Positions 1-11,332 of a DNA stretch of 32,966 nucleotides are shown here, in pieces; positions within the stretch are counted from its first letter, which is position 1; each line of letters starts with the position of its first letter. The stretch is from assembly GCA_013813215.1 (NCBI GenBank), contig JACCSC010000253.1, forward strand, positions 1-32,966, given 5' to 3'. The notes beneath the pieces are model-generated. The model worked only from the letters and a program-made list of their open reading frames with translations. It did no database searches and was not told the origin of the DNA. A program made the position numbers and the translations under genes. Source of the DNA: Geodermatophilaceae bacterium. GTDB taxonomy: Bacteria; Actinomycetota; Actinomycetes; Mycobacteriales; Geodermatophilaceae.

Positions 1-405
1 GCCCAGTGCGGCCAGGTAGGCCCGCAGGGTGGACAGCTTGAGGTCGGCGCGGCGTTCAAGCTTGGACACGTCGGATTGGGAGATGCCCAGGCGCTCGGCC
101 AGTTCGGCCTGCGTGACGCCCTGCCGGCGCCGTAGTTCGGCCAACGTTGCCGCCGTACATCCTCCAGCGTGCAGCTGGCGGCGCTCCAACCAGGCGCGCC
201 ACAACGGCGACGTCCCGTACATCGGGAAAGCGTCGAGCAGGTCGCAGATGCGCTGTGCCAGGGCTCCGGCCGGGTCCTGCGCCACGGCGGTGAGCAGCGG
301 TAGCCAGTCGTGGAGATCACCGCGGTCGAGGATGTCCACGATCGCCGCAGACGGCAGGTCGGCGGGCTCGGTTGTCGCCGGGTAGTCCAGGTGGCGGTGC
401 CGCAT
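1..405 (-). CDS. XRE-family helix-turn-helix protein; the C-terminus runs off the left edge
   Basis: My own reverse translation gives MRHRHLDYPATTEPADLPSAAIVDILDRG...TLAELRRRQGVTQAELAERLGISQSDVSKLERRADLKLSTLRAYLAALG. The second part is a classic XRE HTH (Q-x-ELA-x3-G-x-S-x3-S-x-E). The ATG at 405-403 overlaps the TGA of the upstream gene (ATGA). This ORF is not in the track because it is open at the window edge. Confidence 0.7.
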   Translation of the reverse strand, partial: MRHRHLDYPATTEPADLPSAAIVDILDRGDLHDWLPLLTAVAQDPAGALAQRICDLLDAFPMYGTSPLWRAWLERRQLHAGGCTAATLAELRRRQGVTQAELAERLGISQSDVSKLERRADLKLSTLRAYLAALG

Positions 406-1127
406 CAGGGCTGCTCCGCCAGGCGATCCAGCATCGCCAGCGCCAACGCCTGACAGGCGTCCGCGACGGCAGTCCAGGATTGCCAGCGGGGCTGGAGCCG
501 CCGGTACGACGCCAGGTTCACATCGCTGAGGTCTCCCGGCGACGGTTCGGCCAGTTGCTTGGCGACCTGCGTCGCAATCCGCCGCCCACCGGAGCCGCGC
601 TGGTCCTCGTAGTAGTCGTCCAGGGTCAGCAGCACATCGGCCGCAGTGGCACGGCCCAGGCGGTCGGCCAGGGCGACCACGTCCAGGTAGTCGCGAGTGG
701 CGTTGCGCACCAGGCACAGCCAAGCCTTGATGCGGGTGATCTCGGCGAGCGTAGGCACCCGGAGCGTTCCCGTGGGAACGTCGACCTGCTCCACCTCGAG
801 CGGGCAGGTCCGGATCAGATTCCGTACGCCGGTCTCGACGCCGTCCAGGCTGCCCAGGATGAGCACCGGACGCCGAACCCTGGCGGTGACCCAGCCCCGT
901 GAATCCTCCAGTGCGGCTAGCACGGAGTCGAAGCGGGACAGCAAGTGGTCCACCACATGGTCGTCGTCGAAGGACACCCGATGGCCGGCATGCAGCGCGG
1001 CCGCCGAGCCGCCCACCAGCACCGCGTCGGGCACGAGCCGTTGCAGCCGGGCGGCCGCTTGCAGCACGATCGACCAGTCCTGCTCTCGCACGGATAGTGA
1101 TCCTACGCACTGTGCGTCGAGCGGCAC
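405..1127 (-). CDS. AbiEii/AbiGii-like nucleotidyltransferase family protein
   Basis: 240-aa ORF with a GTG start. It carries an NTase-like motif (LVGGSAAALHAGHRVSFDDDHVV, i.e. GG-x9-R-x-S-x-D-x-D) and a later RDYLDVVAL motif resembling the AbiEii R-D-x-Y-D signature. It is translationally coupled to the downstream HTH gene. Confidence 0.55.
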   Translation of the reverse strand: MPLDAQCVGSLSVREQDWSIVLQAAARLQRLVPDAVLVGGSAAALHAGHRVSFDDDHVVDHLLSRFDSVLAALEDSRGWVTARVRRPVLILGSLDGVETGVRNLIRTCPLEVEQVDVPTGTLRVPTLAEITRIKAWLCLVRNATRDYLDVVALADRLGRATAADVLLTLDDYYEDQRGSGGRRIATQVAKQLAEPSPGDLSDVNLASYRRLQPRWQSWTAVADACQALALAMLDRLAEQP

Positions 1128-1128
1128 A

Positions 1129-1139
1129 CTGACGGCGCG

Positions 1140-1143
<4 letters not shown>
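1129..1143. promoter_or_regulatory. Perfect 15-bp palindrome CTGACG-GCG-CGTCAG
   Basis: Read directly from the sequence. It lies 1 nt upstream (minus-strand sense) of the GTG start at 1127 and covers the stop codon of the SDR pseudogene. It could be an operator or a small hairpin. Confidence 0.3.
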
Positions 1144-3569
<2,426 letters not shown>

Positions 3570-3648
3570 CCGCCGATACCGCGCGAGCGAGCATCTCGAT
3601 GACCTCTGCGGGTAGGTCGAGGACGTCGCCGTCGTCGCAGCACATCGG

Positions 3649-4653
3649 TCAGCCGACCTCGTCGAAGTACCGTTGCGCGCCCGGGTGCACCTCCACCGGG
3701 TCGGTCTCGGCCGCGTTGTCCAGCGAGATGTTCAGCGCCTCGGGGTGCACCTCGGCCAGCGCGTCCAGGTTTGCGAACAGGGCTCGGGTCAGCTCGTATG
3801 CCTGCTCCTCGGGCATGGCGTCGCTGACCACGAGCAGGTTGGGCACACCGATCGTGGCCACGTCGTCGGGCAGGCCGTAGGTGTCGGCCGGGACCGAGTC
3901 GGCCTGGTAGACCTCGCCGTACGTCTCCTGCAACGCAGTCAACTCCGACTCCAGGGGCAGCATGACCACGTCGGCACCCAGCGACGTGGTCAGGTCGGTG
4001 ATGCCTCCGGTGGGCAACCCGCCGGACCACACCATCGCGTCGATCGCGCCGTCCTTCATCCCCTGCACGGTCTCGGGCAGCCCCAGCCGCTGCTGCCCGA
4101 TGTCGTCGGTGCTCAGGTCGTTGGCCTCCAGCAGGCGCAACGCGATCACCTCGGTCCCGGAGTTCGGCGACCCGGTGGACACCGCCTTGCCGGCGAAGTC
4201 CGCCACGGAGGAGATCCCGGCGTCGGCGCGGGCGAAGACCTGCGTGTAGTTGGTGTAGATCCGGGCCAGCGCCTGGACCGGGAGCGGCTCGTCGAAACCG
4301 GCCTCGCCGTTGACCGCGTCGGCGGCGGTGTCGGCGAGGGTGAACCCGATGTCGCTCTCGCCGGCGCAGACCAGCTGGATGTTCTCCGCCGAGGCGTTGG
4401 TCGCCTCCGCGGTCGCCTCGGTCCCCTCGACGGTGTCGGTGATGACCTGCGCGAGCCCGCCGCCCAGGATGTAGTACACCCCCGTCGTGTTCCCGGTGGC
4501 GATCGAGATCCGCCCCCCGCCGCTCGGTTCGGCGCAGCCGGCCGCCGCTCCGTCCCCGTTTCCGTCACCCCCTCCGCCGGCCGCCGTGCACCCGGTCAGG
4601 GCGAGCAATCCGGCCGCGAGCACCGCGAACCCTTGCCTGCGAGCTGTCGTCAT
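3649..4653 (-). CDS. TAXI-family TRAP transporter solute-binding lipoprotein
   Basis: This is the C-terminal 334 aa of the 1376-aa track ORF. It has a lipoprotein signal MTTARRQGFAVLAAGLLALTGC followed by a Gly-rich linker, then ISIATGNTTGVYYILGGGLAQV...STGSPNSGTEV...HPGAQRYFDE, typical of TAXI (TTT/Imp-like) binding proteins. The ATG at 4653 overlaps the stop of the permease gene. Confidence 0.9.
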   Translation of the reverse strand: MTTARRQGFAVLAAGLLALTGCTAAGGGGDGNGDGAAAGCAEPSGGGRISIATGNTTGVYYILGGGLAQVITDTVEGTEATAEATNASAENIQLVCAGESDIGFTLADTAADAVNGEAGFDEPLPVQALARIYTNYTQVFARADAGISSVADFAGKAVSTGSPNSGTEVIALRLLEANDLSTDDIGQQRLGLPETVQGMKDGAIDAMVWSGGLPTGGITDLTTSLGADVVMLPLESELTALQETYGEVYQADSVPADTYGLPDDVATIGVPNLLVVSDAMPEEQAYELTRALFANLDALAEVHPEALNISLDNAAETDPVEVHPGAQRYFDEVG

Positions 4654-6644
4654 CGGGTGACCTCCTCGGTGGTGGCCTGCTCGTCGGCGGCAGAGCGCCG
4701 GCTCAGCAGGTGAACTGCGATCCCGGCCGCGAGCACGCCGAGACCGATGAGCACGGGAAGCGTTTCGAGGTACAGCAACAGCAGCGCAGCGACCAGGCAG
4801 AAGGTCCGCGCCACCGGACCGACCGGTCCGAACAGCCACTTTCCAGTGACCAGCGCCAGCGCCGCCACCGCCACGGCGGAGATCAGCGTGGCCAGCAGGA
4901 TCTGGCCGAGCGAGCCGTCCAGCAGCAACGCCCGCCCCGCCGGCGTCAGCACGAAGGCGAAAGGCACGAGGAACGCCGGCAGCGTGTACTTGCCGGCCAT
5001 CAGCATCGTGCGGAACGGATTGCCGCCGGTGATCGCGGCCGCGGCCACGGCGGCCAGCGCCGTCGGCGGGCTCACCTCGGAGAGCACCGCGAAGTAGAAG
5101 ATGAACATGTACGCCGCCGGCCGGTCCACCCCGAGCGAGGTCAGCGCCGGCGCGATCACGACCGCGGCGATGATGAACGACGCGGTGACCGGGACGGCCA
5201 GGCCCAGCAGCAGGACGGCCACCCCCGCGAACGCGGCGGTGAAGATGAGCCGCCCGGTCGGGTTGTCCGTGATCAGCTCCGACAGGTCGACGATGATCGA
5301 GGACAGGTCCAGGCCCAGTCCGGTCAGGGTCAGCACCGCGACGATCAGCCCGGCGGCAGCGGTCGTGGCGGCCACCGGCAGCACCCCGGTCGCACCCTTG
5401 GCCAGCGCCTGGAAGATCCGCGGCGGCGTCATCAGGTACCGACGGTCGAGAATGGAGAGGACCAGGGCGAGCAGGGTCGCGTAGACCACCGCTCGGAAGG
5501 CCGACTGCTCGAGGGCGAGCAGGACGACGATCAGGGCCAGCGAGCTGAAGTGGTAGCCGAAACGGCCGAGCAGCCGCCAGAACCCAACGTGCTCGACCTC
5601 GACCGGCCGGACGCCGAACCGGCGGGCGTCCATCTCGATCGCGCACACGATGCCGAGGTAGTACAGCAGCGTCGGGATCAGCGCGTAGCCCAACACCGCC
5701 AGGTAGGACACCCGCAGCAACTCGGCGATGATGAATGCCGCCGCGCCCAGCGTCGGTGGCGAGAGGATGGCTCCGATGCCGGCGGCCGCGAGCAACCCGC
5801 CGCCGGCGTCGGGTGGGTAGCCGGCCCGGCGCAGGATCGGCCAGGACACCGTGCCCAGGCTGACCGTGGTCGCCGTGCTGGACCCGGACACGGTGCCGAG
5901 CAGGAAGCCTGCACTGGTCACCGTCCGACCGGGCGCGGCCCGGGAGTTCCGGAACGCGGCCATGCTCAGGTCCAGGAAAAATTGCCCGGCACCGGACAGC
6001 TCGAGCACGGCGCCGTAGATCGTGAACAGGATGATGTACGTCGCGGCGACGTCCAGCGGTACGCCGAAGATGCCCTCGGTGCCCATGACGAACTGCGAGG
6101 TCAGCCGGGTCAGCCCGTAGCCGCGGTGCCCGATCAGCCAGCCGTTGGGGATCAGCTCCCCGAAGTAGGCGTAGGCCAGGAACAGCACGCAGATCGCCGG
6201 CAGCACCGGTCCGGTGGTGCGCCAGGTGGCGGCCAGGACGAGCAGGACGAGGACCAGCCCGCACACCACGTCGATGACGAAGGGCCGGAAGCTGCGCGAG
6301 AGGTAGGCGTCGAAGCCCCCGATCAGCGGCCAGGTCGTCACGAACAACGTCGCCCCGGCCAGCAGCCAGTCGACCACGCCGGGCTGGTCGGAGTTCGACG
6401 CGCCGGGCAACAGGCGCAGGGCCGGGCGGTACAACAGGAAGGTGAGGGCGAGGACCGGGGCGAGGAATGTGATGCGGTAGGCCAGGACGGCGACGGGGGA
6501 GAAGACGTTCCACAGCGCGTACGCCGAGAGGGCTGCCGCCGCGACGGAAACACCGATCCCGACTGGTCCCCGCAACGTCCGGGCCGGCCGCTCCGCCTCG
6601 GCCGCGACCAGCTTGTCGTCGGTCCGCGGGCTGTCCACGCTCAT
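4650..6644 (-). CDS. TRAP transporter fused permease (TAXI-type DctQM)
   Basis: 664-aa polytopic membrane protein with many hydrophobic segments (e.g. TFLAPVLALTFLLY, GIGAILSPPTLGAAAFIIAELL). The ATGA overlap with the binding-protein gene is the standard TAXI-TRAP arrangement. Confidence 0.9.
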   Translation of the reverse strand: MSVDSPRTDDKLVAAEAERPARTLRGPVGIGVSVAAAALSAYALWNVFSPVAVLAYRITFLAPVLALTFLLYRPALRLLPGASNSDQPGVVDWLLAGATLFVTTWPLIGGFDAYLSRSFRPFVIDVVCGLVLVLLVLAATWRTTGPVLPAICVLFLAYAYFGELIPNGWLIGHRGYGLTRLTSQFVMGTEGIFGVPLDVAATYIILFTIYGAVLELSGAGQFFLDLSMAAFRNSRAAPGRTVTSAGFLLGTVSGSSTATTVSLGTVSWPILRRAGYPPDAGGGLLAAAGIGAILSPPTLGAAAFIIAELLRVSYLAVLGYALIPTLLYYLGIVCAIEMDARRFGVRPVEVEHVGFWRLLGRFGYHFSSLALIVVLLALEQSAFRAVVYATLLALVLSILDRRYLMTPPRIFQALAKGATGVLPVAATTAAAGLIVAVLTLTGLGLDLSSIIVDLSELITDNPTGRLIFTAAFAGVAVLLLGLAVPVTASFIIAAVVIAPALTSLGVDRPAAYMFIFYFAVLSEVSPPTALAAVAAAAITGGNPFRTMLMAGKYTLPAFLVPFAFVLTPAGRALLLDGSLGQILLATLISAVAVAALALVTGKWLFGPVGPVARTFCLVAALLLLYLETLPVLIGLGVLAAGIAVHLLSRRSAADEQATTEEVTR

Positions 6645-6692
6645 CCGGCTCGAGTCTGCCCCTCCCGTATTGTCCCAGCGGTGTCGGCGCGC

Positions 6693-7367
6693 TCAGGTGG
6701 TCGCGCCGTCGAAGGGCACCTCGGTGCGCCATCCCGCACCGGCTGAGCCGGCCAGCGCGGCCAAGTCGGCCAGCGCCCCAGCGATCAGCTCGGGATCGAA
6801 CGGCGTACCCGCGGCGATCGTCCCGTTCACGGTCAGCGAGGCGGCCCGGATGCCGCGCTCGCGCAGGTCCTGATCGAGGGCGGACACCAGGTTGCGCAGC
6901 GCCGCCTTCTGCACGCCGAGGCTCGCCGCCGAGGTCATCGGAGATCTCCCGCTGCCGCTGCCGGTGGCCAGCACGACCGAACCCGGCCGCAGGAACGGCA
7001 GCGCGGCCTGAACCGACGTGAGCAGGCTCGCCGCACCGACGGTGAGGTCGGTCAGCAGCTGGGCTGCGGTCAGCTCGGTGGCACGCGCCGTCCGGAAGGC
7101 CACCGCGTTGTGGTGCAGCAGGTCGATCTGCCCCCCGAAACCGCCGAACCGGGTCACCGCCGCGGTGAGTTCGTCGGTGTCGGTGACGTCGAGCGCGGTC
7201 CAGCCGACCGTGATGTCCTCGGCCTGCAGCGATTCCCCGAGCGCGGTCAGCCGGCCCTCGTCGCGCGCGATCAGCGCGATTGCCCAACCGTTGCGGCCCA
7301 GCATGCGGGCCATGGCCGCTCCGACGCCCGGACCTGCGCCGACGATGACCGCGACCGGTGCACTCAT
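6693..7367 (-). CDS. SDR-family oxidoreductase
   Basis: The start was chosen at MSAPVAVIVGAGPGVGAAMARMLGRNGWAIALIARD (Rossmann GxGxxG fold). This gives 224 aa. The upstream part of the track ORF is Arg/Gly-rich shadow sequence. Confidence 0.8.
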   Translation of the reverse strand: MSAPVAVIVGAGPGVGAAMARMLGRNGWAIALIARDEGRLTALGESLQAEDITVGWTALDVTDTDELTAAVTRFGGFGGQIDLLHHNAVAFRTARATELTAAQLLTDLTVGAASLLTSVQAALPFLRPGSVVLATGSGSGRSPMTSAASLGVQKAALRNLVSALDQDLRERGIRAASLTVNGTIAAGTPFDPELIAGALADLAALAGSAGAGWRTEVPFDGATT

Positions 7368-7402
7368 GATCGTCGACCCTAGTCGCAGGCCGATGACCGG
7401 CC

Positions 7403-8212
7403 TCAACCGATCTGCGCGTAGCCCCGGCGGACGGCTTCGGCCAGGCCTTCGGGCGCGAACGGCCACCGCAAGCCGCCCTCGGCCAGGGCCCGCTCGACAG
7501 GTACGCCGGCCGCGTGCAGCACGGCGATGAGATCGGCCACGACCGTGATGTCGTCGCACTGCCGACGCACGAAGGTGCCGTCGACCGCCGCGCCGTGGCC
7601 GGGCAGCACCACGCTGTCTTCGGCAAGTCTGGGCAGCAGGGCGGCCAGCGTGTCCGGCCATTCGAGCGGGAAGCTGTCCTTCCCGTACGCCGGCGGACCG
7701 GACTCCTCGACCAGGTCACCCACGATCCACGTGCCGTCGACGTGCAGCACCAGGTCGTTGTCGGTGTGCCCGCGGCCAAGGTGCAGCAGGTCGACCACGC
7801 GGTCGCCGAGGTCGACCCGCTCCTCCGCGCCGACCAGCCGGGTGGGCGGGGTGAGGACGACGTCGCGGAACTCCTCGCTACCCTCGACGCCCCAGGAAAC
7901 GGCGCGCGCGAGCATGGGCGCTTCGTGCTCGGCGAACTGCGCGGGCAGCCGCTCGTGACCGTAGATCGGCATCCCCGGCCCGAAGCACTGGTTGCCGAAG
8001 CAGTGGTCGAAGTGCCCGTGGGTGTTCACTGCGCACCGGACCGGTCGGCCCAGCACGCGCAGGTCGTCGCGGAGCTCGTCGCCCTGCCGCCGCGAGCCGC
8101 GGGTGTCGACCACGAGCAGGCCGTCGGCGCCACGAACCACGGCCACGGTGACGTCGTACGGCTCGTAGCGGCCCTGGAGTACGCCGTCGGCCACCTCGAC
8201 CCAGCCGGTCAT
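7403..8212 (-). CDS. MBL-fold metallo-hydrolase
   Basis: 269 aa with the HxHxDH motif (NTHGHFDHCFGN), plus later HLGRGHTDND and LPGHG. Confidence 0.85.
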   Translation of the reverse strand: MTGWVEVADGVLQGRYEPYDVTVAVVRGADGLLVVDTRGSRRQGDELRDDLRVLGRPVRCAVNTHGHFDHCFGNQCFGPGMPIYGHERLPAQFAEHEAPMLARAVSWGVEGSEEFRDVVLTPPTRLVGAEERVDLGDRVVDLLHLGRGHTDNDLVLHVDGTWIVGDLVEESGPPAYGKDSFPLEWPDTLAALLPRLAEDSVVLPGHGAAVDGTFVRRQCDDITVVADLIAVLHAAGVPVERALAEGGLRWPFAPEGLAEAVRRGYAQIG

Positions 8213-8219
8213 CTGACGA

Positions 8220-9134
8220 TCAGAGCCAGGCGAGGAGCAGCACGACGGCGCTGAGGACCGGGATCGCGAGCAGGACCGCGCCGAGAGCCAGCCGGCTGCG
8301 ACCGACGAGTTCCAGAACCCAGTACGCCGCGCTGACGACGGCGACGGCGATGGTCACGTGGAACAGCGTCGCCAAGGCGATGCCGGCGATCGCTCCGGCC
8401 CGCACGTGGGGGGCCCACAGCAAACTCAATGCCAGCGGGATGAGAATTGCCGCCGCCAGGCCGCGGGTCAGCTCGACCCACAGACGTTCCTCCCCCATCC
8501 ACCACAGCTCCAGGAATCCTGGGACGCGGATGTCGAGCAGGTCGAAGGACGCGCAGAGGCCCAGGTAGGCGATGGCCAGCAGGGATCCGACGACCGCAAC
8601 CGGATGCCATGCCCTCCTCGGCCATGACCAGCCGGTCCCGGATCCGGTGATCATCGTCGCCGTGGTTACAGCCGCCCAGATCAGCCAGCGGCGAACGATC
8701 CGGGTGCCGCCGTCCGCCATGGCGTCACGCATGATCCGGTCGGCCTCGCTGCGACGTACCGTGACCTGCTTGGTGGACCGGTACGTCTGATTCCGTTTCT
8801 CGTGCACCAGGCCGTCGTGCAGCAGCGCGGCCGGGAGGTGCCGACCGGACTTCGGGACGAGCCAGGTGAACAGCACCGGGACTGAGGTGAGGTCGGTGTG
8901 AAAGTCTCCGATGCCCCCACCTACCACCAACTCACCGCAGTGCCGATCGCAGTAGGCAATCCGCCTCCGTAACTGCCAGTCCTCGTCCCGACCGTGCTCG
9001 TGCCGGACCAGGACGATGTGCAGCGGCGTTTCAGGATCTGGCGGCTCGTCAGGCTGGCCAGGGCCCGGCGGCGGGGCGCCGCCGTCGTAGAACCGCGACG
9101 GTTCGGCGGTGATCCTGCCGACATCGGGGATCAT
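8220..9134 (-). CDS. DUF1353-domain protein fused to a polytopic membrane region
   Basis: FHTDLTSVPVLFTWLVPKSGRHLPAALLHDGLVH matches the DUF1353 signature (TD-x-x-S-x-P ... HD). The C-terminal half has about 5 hydrophobic helices. The start is taken at MIPDVG (9134); the ORF is open up to 9389, so the start is uncertain. Confidence 0.6.
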   Translation of the reverse strand: MIPDVGRITAEPSRFYDGGAPPPGPGQPDEPPDPETPLHIVLVRHEHGRDEDWQLRRRIAYCDRHCGELVVGGGIGDFHTDLTSVPVLFTWLVPKSGRHLPAALLHDGLVHEKRNQTYRSTKQVTVRRSEADRIMRDAMADGGTRIVRRWLIWAAVTTATMITGSGTGWSWPRRAWHPVAVVGSLLAIAYLGLCASFDLLDIRVPGFLELWWMGEERLWVELTRGLAAAILIPLALSLLWAPHVRAGAIAGIALATLFHVTIAVAVVSAAYWVLELVGRSRLALGAVLLAIPVLSAVVLLLAWL

Positions 9135-9255
9135 GCCGACATGGTGACACCGCAACGGCCCGTGGACACGGGTTCTGCCCCGCCGTGGACCGCCGGGATG
9201 CTCGACAGCGCGGGCACGAGGGAGCAGTCTGCAAACCGCATCCGGCACCGTCTCG

Positions 9256-10689
9256 ATGGGGAGCGGCATGGCAGAGCGCGTCGACCTGGGCAAGGACAGA
9301 GACAAGGACACCGGTAGCGAGCCGAGCCTCAAGCGGGTCATGGGGCCGGGACTGCTCCTGCTCTTCATCGTCGGGGACATCCTCGGCACCGGGATCTACG
9401 CGCTCACCGGACAGGTGGCCGCCGAGGTCGGCGGGGTGGTCTGGCTGCCGTTCCTCGTCGCCTTCCTGGTCGCGCTGGTCACCGCGTTCAGCTACCTGGA
9501 ACTGGTCACGAAGTACCCCAAGGCGGCCGGCGCCGCGCTCTACACGCACAAGGCGTTCGGCATCCACTTCGTCACGTTCATCGTGGCCTTCACCGTCATG
9601 AGTTCCGGCATCACGTCGGCCTCGACGGCGGCCAAGGCGTTCGCCGCGAACTTCGCCGAGGCCTTCGACCTCGACCTCGGCGAGGGCCTCGCGGTGACCC
9701 TGGTCGCGCTGGCGTTCATGGCGCTGGTGGCGATCGTGAACTTCCGCGGCGTGGGGGAGAGCGTCAAGACCAATGTCGTGCTCACCGTCGTGGAGCTGAC
9801 CGGACTGCTCATCATCATCACCATCGGCCTGTACGCCCTGGGCGTCGGCGACGGCGACTTCTCCCGGGTGACCCAGGCCGACACCGGTGACCGCTCCCTG
9901 CTCGGTGGCGTCATCGTGGCCACCACGATCGCCTTCTTCGCGATGGTCGGCTTCGAGGACTCGGTCAACATGGCCGAGGAGTGCAAGCGGCCCAGTGCGA
10001 TCTTCCCGAAGGTGCTGCTGTTCGGCCTGTTCGCGACGGGCGCGATCTACGTACTCGTGTCGATCTCGGCCATCGCTCTGGTCCCGGCCACCGACCTCCA
10101 GGAGGGTGACACCCCGCTCCTGAAGGTCGTCGAGGCCGGGGCGCCTGGCTTCCCGATCGGCATCTTCGCGTTCATCACGATGATGGCCGTCGCGAACTCG
10201 GCCCTGATCAACATGTTGATGGCCTCGCGGCTGGTCTACGGGATGAGCCGGGAGGGCGTGCTGCCTTCGCCGTTGGGCCGGGTGCATGCGAGCCGCCGTA
10301 CGCCGTACATCGCGATCCTGTTCACCACGGCGCTGGCCTTCGGCCTGATCACGTTCGTCGGCGAGATCCCGCTGCTCGGGCCCACCACCGCCCTGCTGCT
10401 GCTGTTCGTCTTCACCGTCGTCAACGTGACGGTCCTGGTGCTGCGCCGAGACACGGTGGAGCACAAGCACTTCCGGACGCCGACCTTCCTGCCGGTCATC
10501 GGGGCCTTGACGTGCGGCTTCCTGGCCACGCCGTTCACCGGCCGGGACAACCAGCAGTACGTCATCGCCGGCGTGCTGCTCGCGATCGGCGTCGTGCTCT
10601 GGGCCATCACGGTGTTCGTCAACCGGCAGACCGGGGTGACCGGTGAAGGCGACCCCGCGAACCTGGCCGGCGGCGGTCCCGTCAACTGA
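9256..10689 (+). CDS. APC-family amino acid/polyamine permease
   Basis: 477-aa 12-TM-like protein. The motif LLLLFIVGDILGTGIYALTGQVA is typical of APC permeases. An alternative ATG at 9268 is preceded by GGGGAG. Confidence 0.9.
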   Translation: MGSGMAERVDLGKDRDKDTGSEPSLKRVMGPGLLLLFIVGDILGTGIYALTGQVAAEVGGVVWLPFLVAFLVALVTAFSYLELVTKYPKAAGAALYTHKAFGIHFVTFIVAFTVMSSGITSASTAAKAFAANFAEAFDLDLGEGLAVTLVALAFMALVAIVNFRGVGESVKTNVVLTVVELTGLLIIITIGLYALGVGDGDFSRVTQADTGDRSLLGGVIVATTIAFFAMVGFEDSVNMAEECKRPSAIFPKVLLFGLFATGAIYVLVSISAIALVPATDLQEGDTPLLKVVEAGAPGFPIGIFAFITMMAVANSALINMLMASRLVYGMSREGVLPSPLGRVHASRRTPYIAILFTTALAFGLITFVGEIPLLGPTTALLLLFVFTVVNVTVLVLRRDTVEHKHFRTPTFLPVIGALTCGFLATPFTGRDNQQYVIAGVLLAIGVVLWAITVFVNRQTGVTGEGDPANLAGGGPVN

Positions 10690-10692
10690 CCG

Positions 10693-11274
10693 GTGCTGTT
10701 CACCAAGGCCGTTCTCGACGGGATCGCCGAGGGTCGGATCACGGTGGCCTACCGCCGCTGGGACCGACCTCGGGCCGTGGTCGGCGGCCGGCAGCGAACC
10801 CGGGTCGGCGTGCTGGCCATCGAACGGGTGGAGCCGGTCGACGACGCGGACCTCACCGACGCCGACGCCCGCGCGGCGGGCCTGCCCGGCCGGGCCGCGC
10901 TGCTGCGCGTCCTCGACCCCCGGCCGGACAGACGTACGTACCGGGTCGACTTCCGCCTGGTCGGTGAGGATCCGAGGATCGCGCTGCGGGAGGACGCTGC
11001 GCTGGCCGCCGAGGACATCGTCGACCTGCGCCGCCGGCTGGCCCGCCTCGACGCGGCGAGCACGCACGGCCCCTGGACGGAGCAGACCCTGGACCTCATC
11101 GCGCAGTTCCCGGGCCGCCGCGCCCCGGACCTGGCCGAGCTGGTCGCTCGTCCCACCCAGCCGTTCAAGACCGACGTCCGCAAGCTCAAGGAACTCGGGC
11201 TGACCGAGAGCCTCCCGGTGGGCTACCGCCTCTCGCCGCGGGGACGCGCCTTCCGCGCCGCCCGCCCCGCCTGA
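10693..11274 (+). CDS. ASCH-like (PUA-fold) domain plus C-terminal winged-helix-like protein
   Basis: 193 aa, GTG start 3 nt after the permease stop, high GC3. The N-terminus MLFTKAVLDGIAEGRITVAYRRW resembles the ASCH signature. The C-terminus PDLAELVARPTQPFKTDVRKLKELGLTESLPVGYRLSPRG resembles a wHTH. Confidence 0.55.
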   Translation: MLFTKAVLDGIAEGRITVAYRRWDRPRAVVGGRQRTRVGVLAIERVEPVDDADLTDADARAAGLPGRAALLRVLDPRPDRRTYRVDFRLVGEDPRIALREDAALAAEDIVDLRRRLARLDAASTHGPWTEQTLDLIAQFPGRRAPDLAELVARPTQPFKTDVRKLKELGLTESLPVGYRLSPRGRAFRAARPA

Positions 11275-11332
11275 GGCGGTTTCGCCGCCCGTCTCGGTAC
11301 GATCCGGGTCGGCATCAGGGGCAGCGGGGGAG

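Noticed and set aside
3649-7779. A 1376-aa uninterrupted minus-strand ORF that looks like a giant protein.
   Set aside because: Only its last 334 aa (from MTTARRQG at 4653) look like a real protein, the TAXI lipoprotein. The rest is Arg/Gly/Pro/Ala-rich low-complexity read-through. It lies out of frame over the TRAP permease, SDR and MBL genes, each of which has a convincing frame of its own. Stop-free shadow frames are expected at this GC content.
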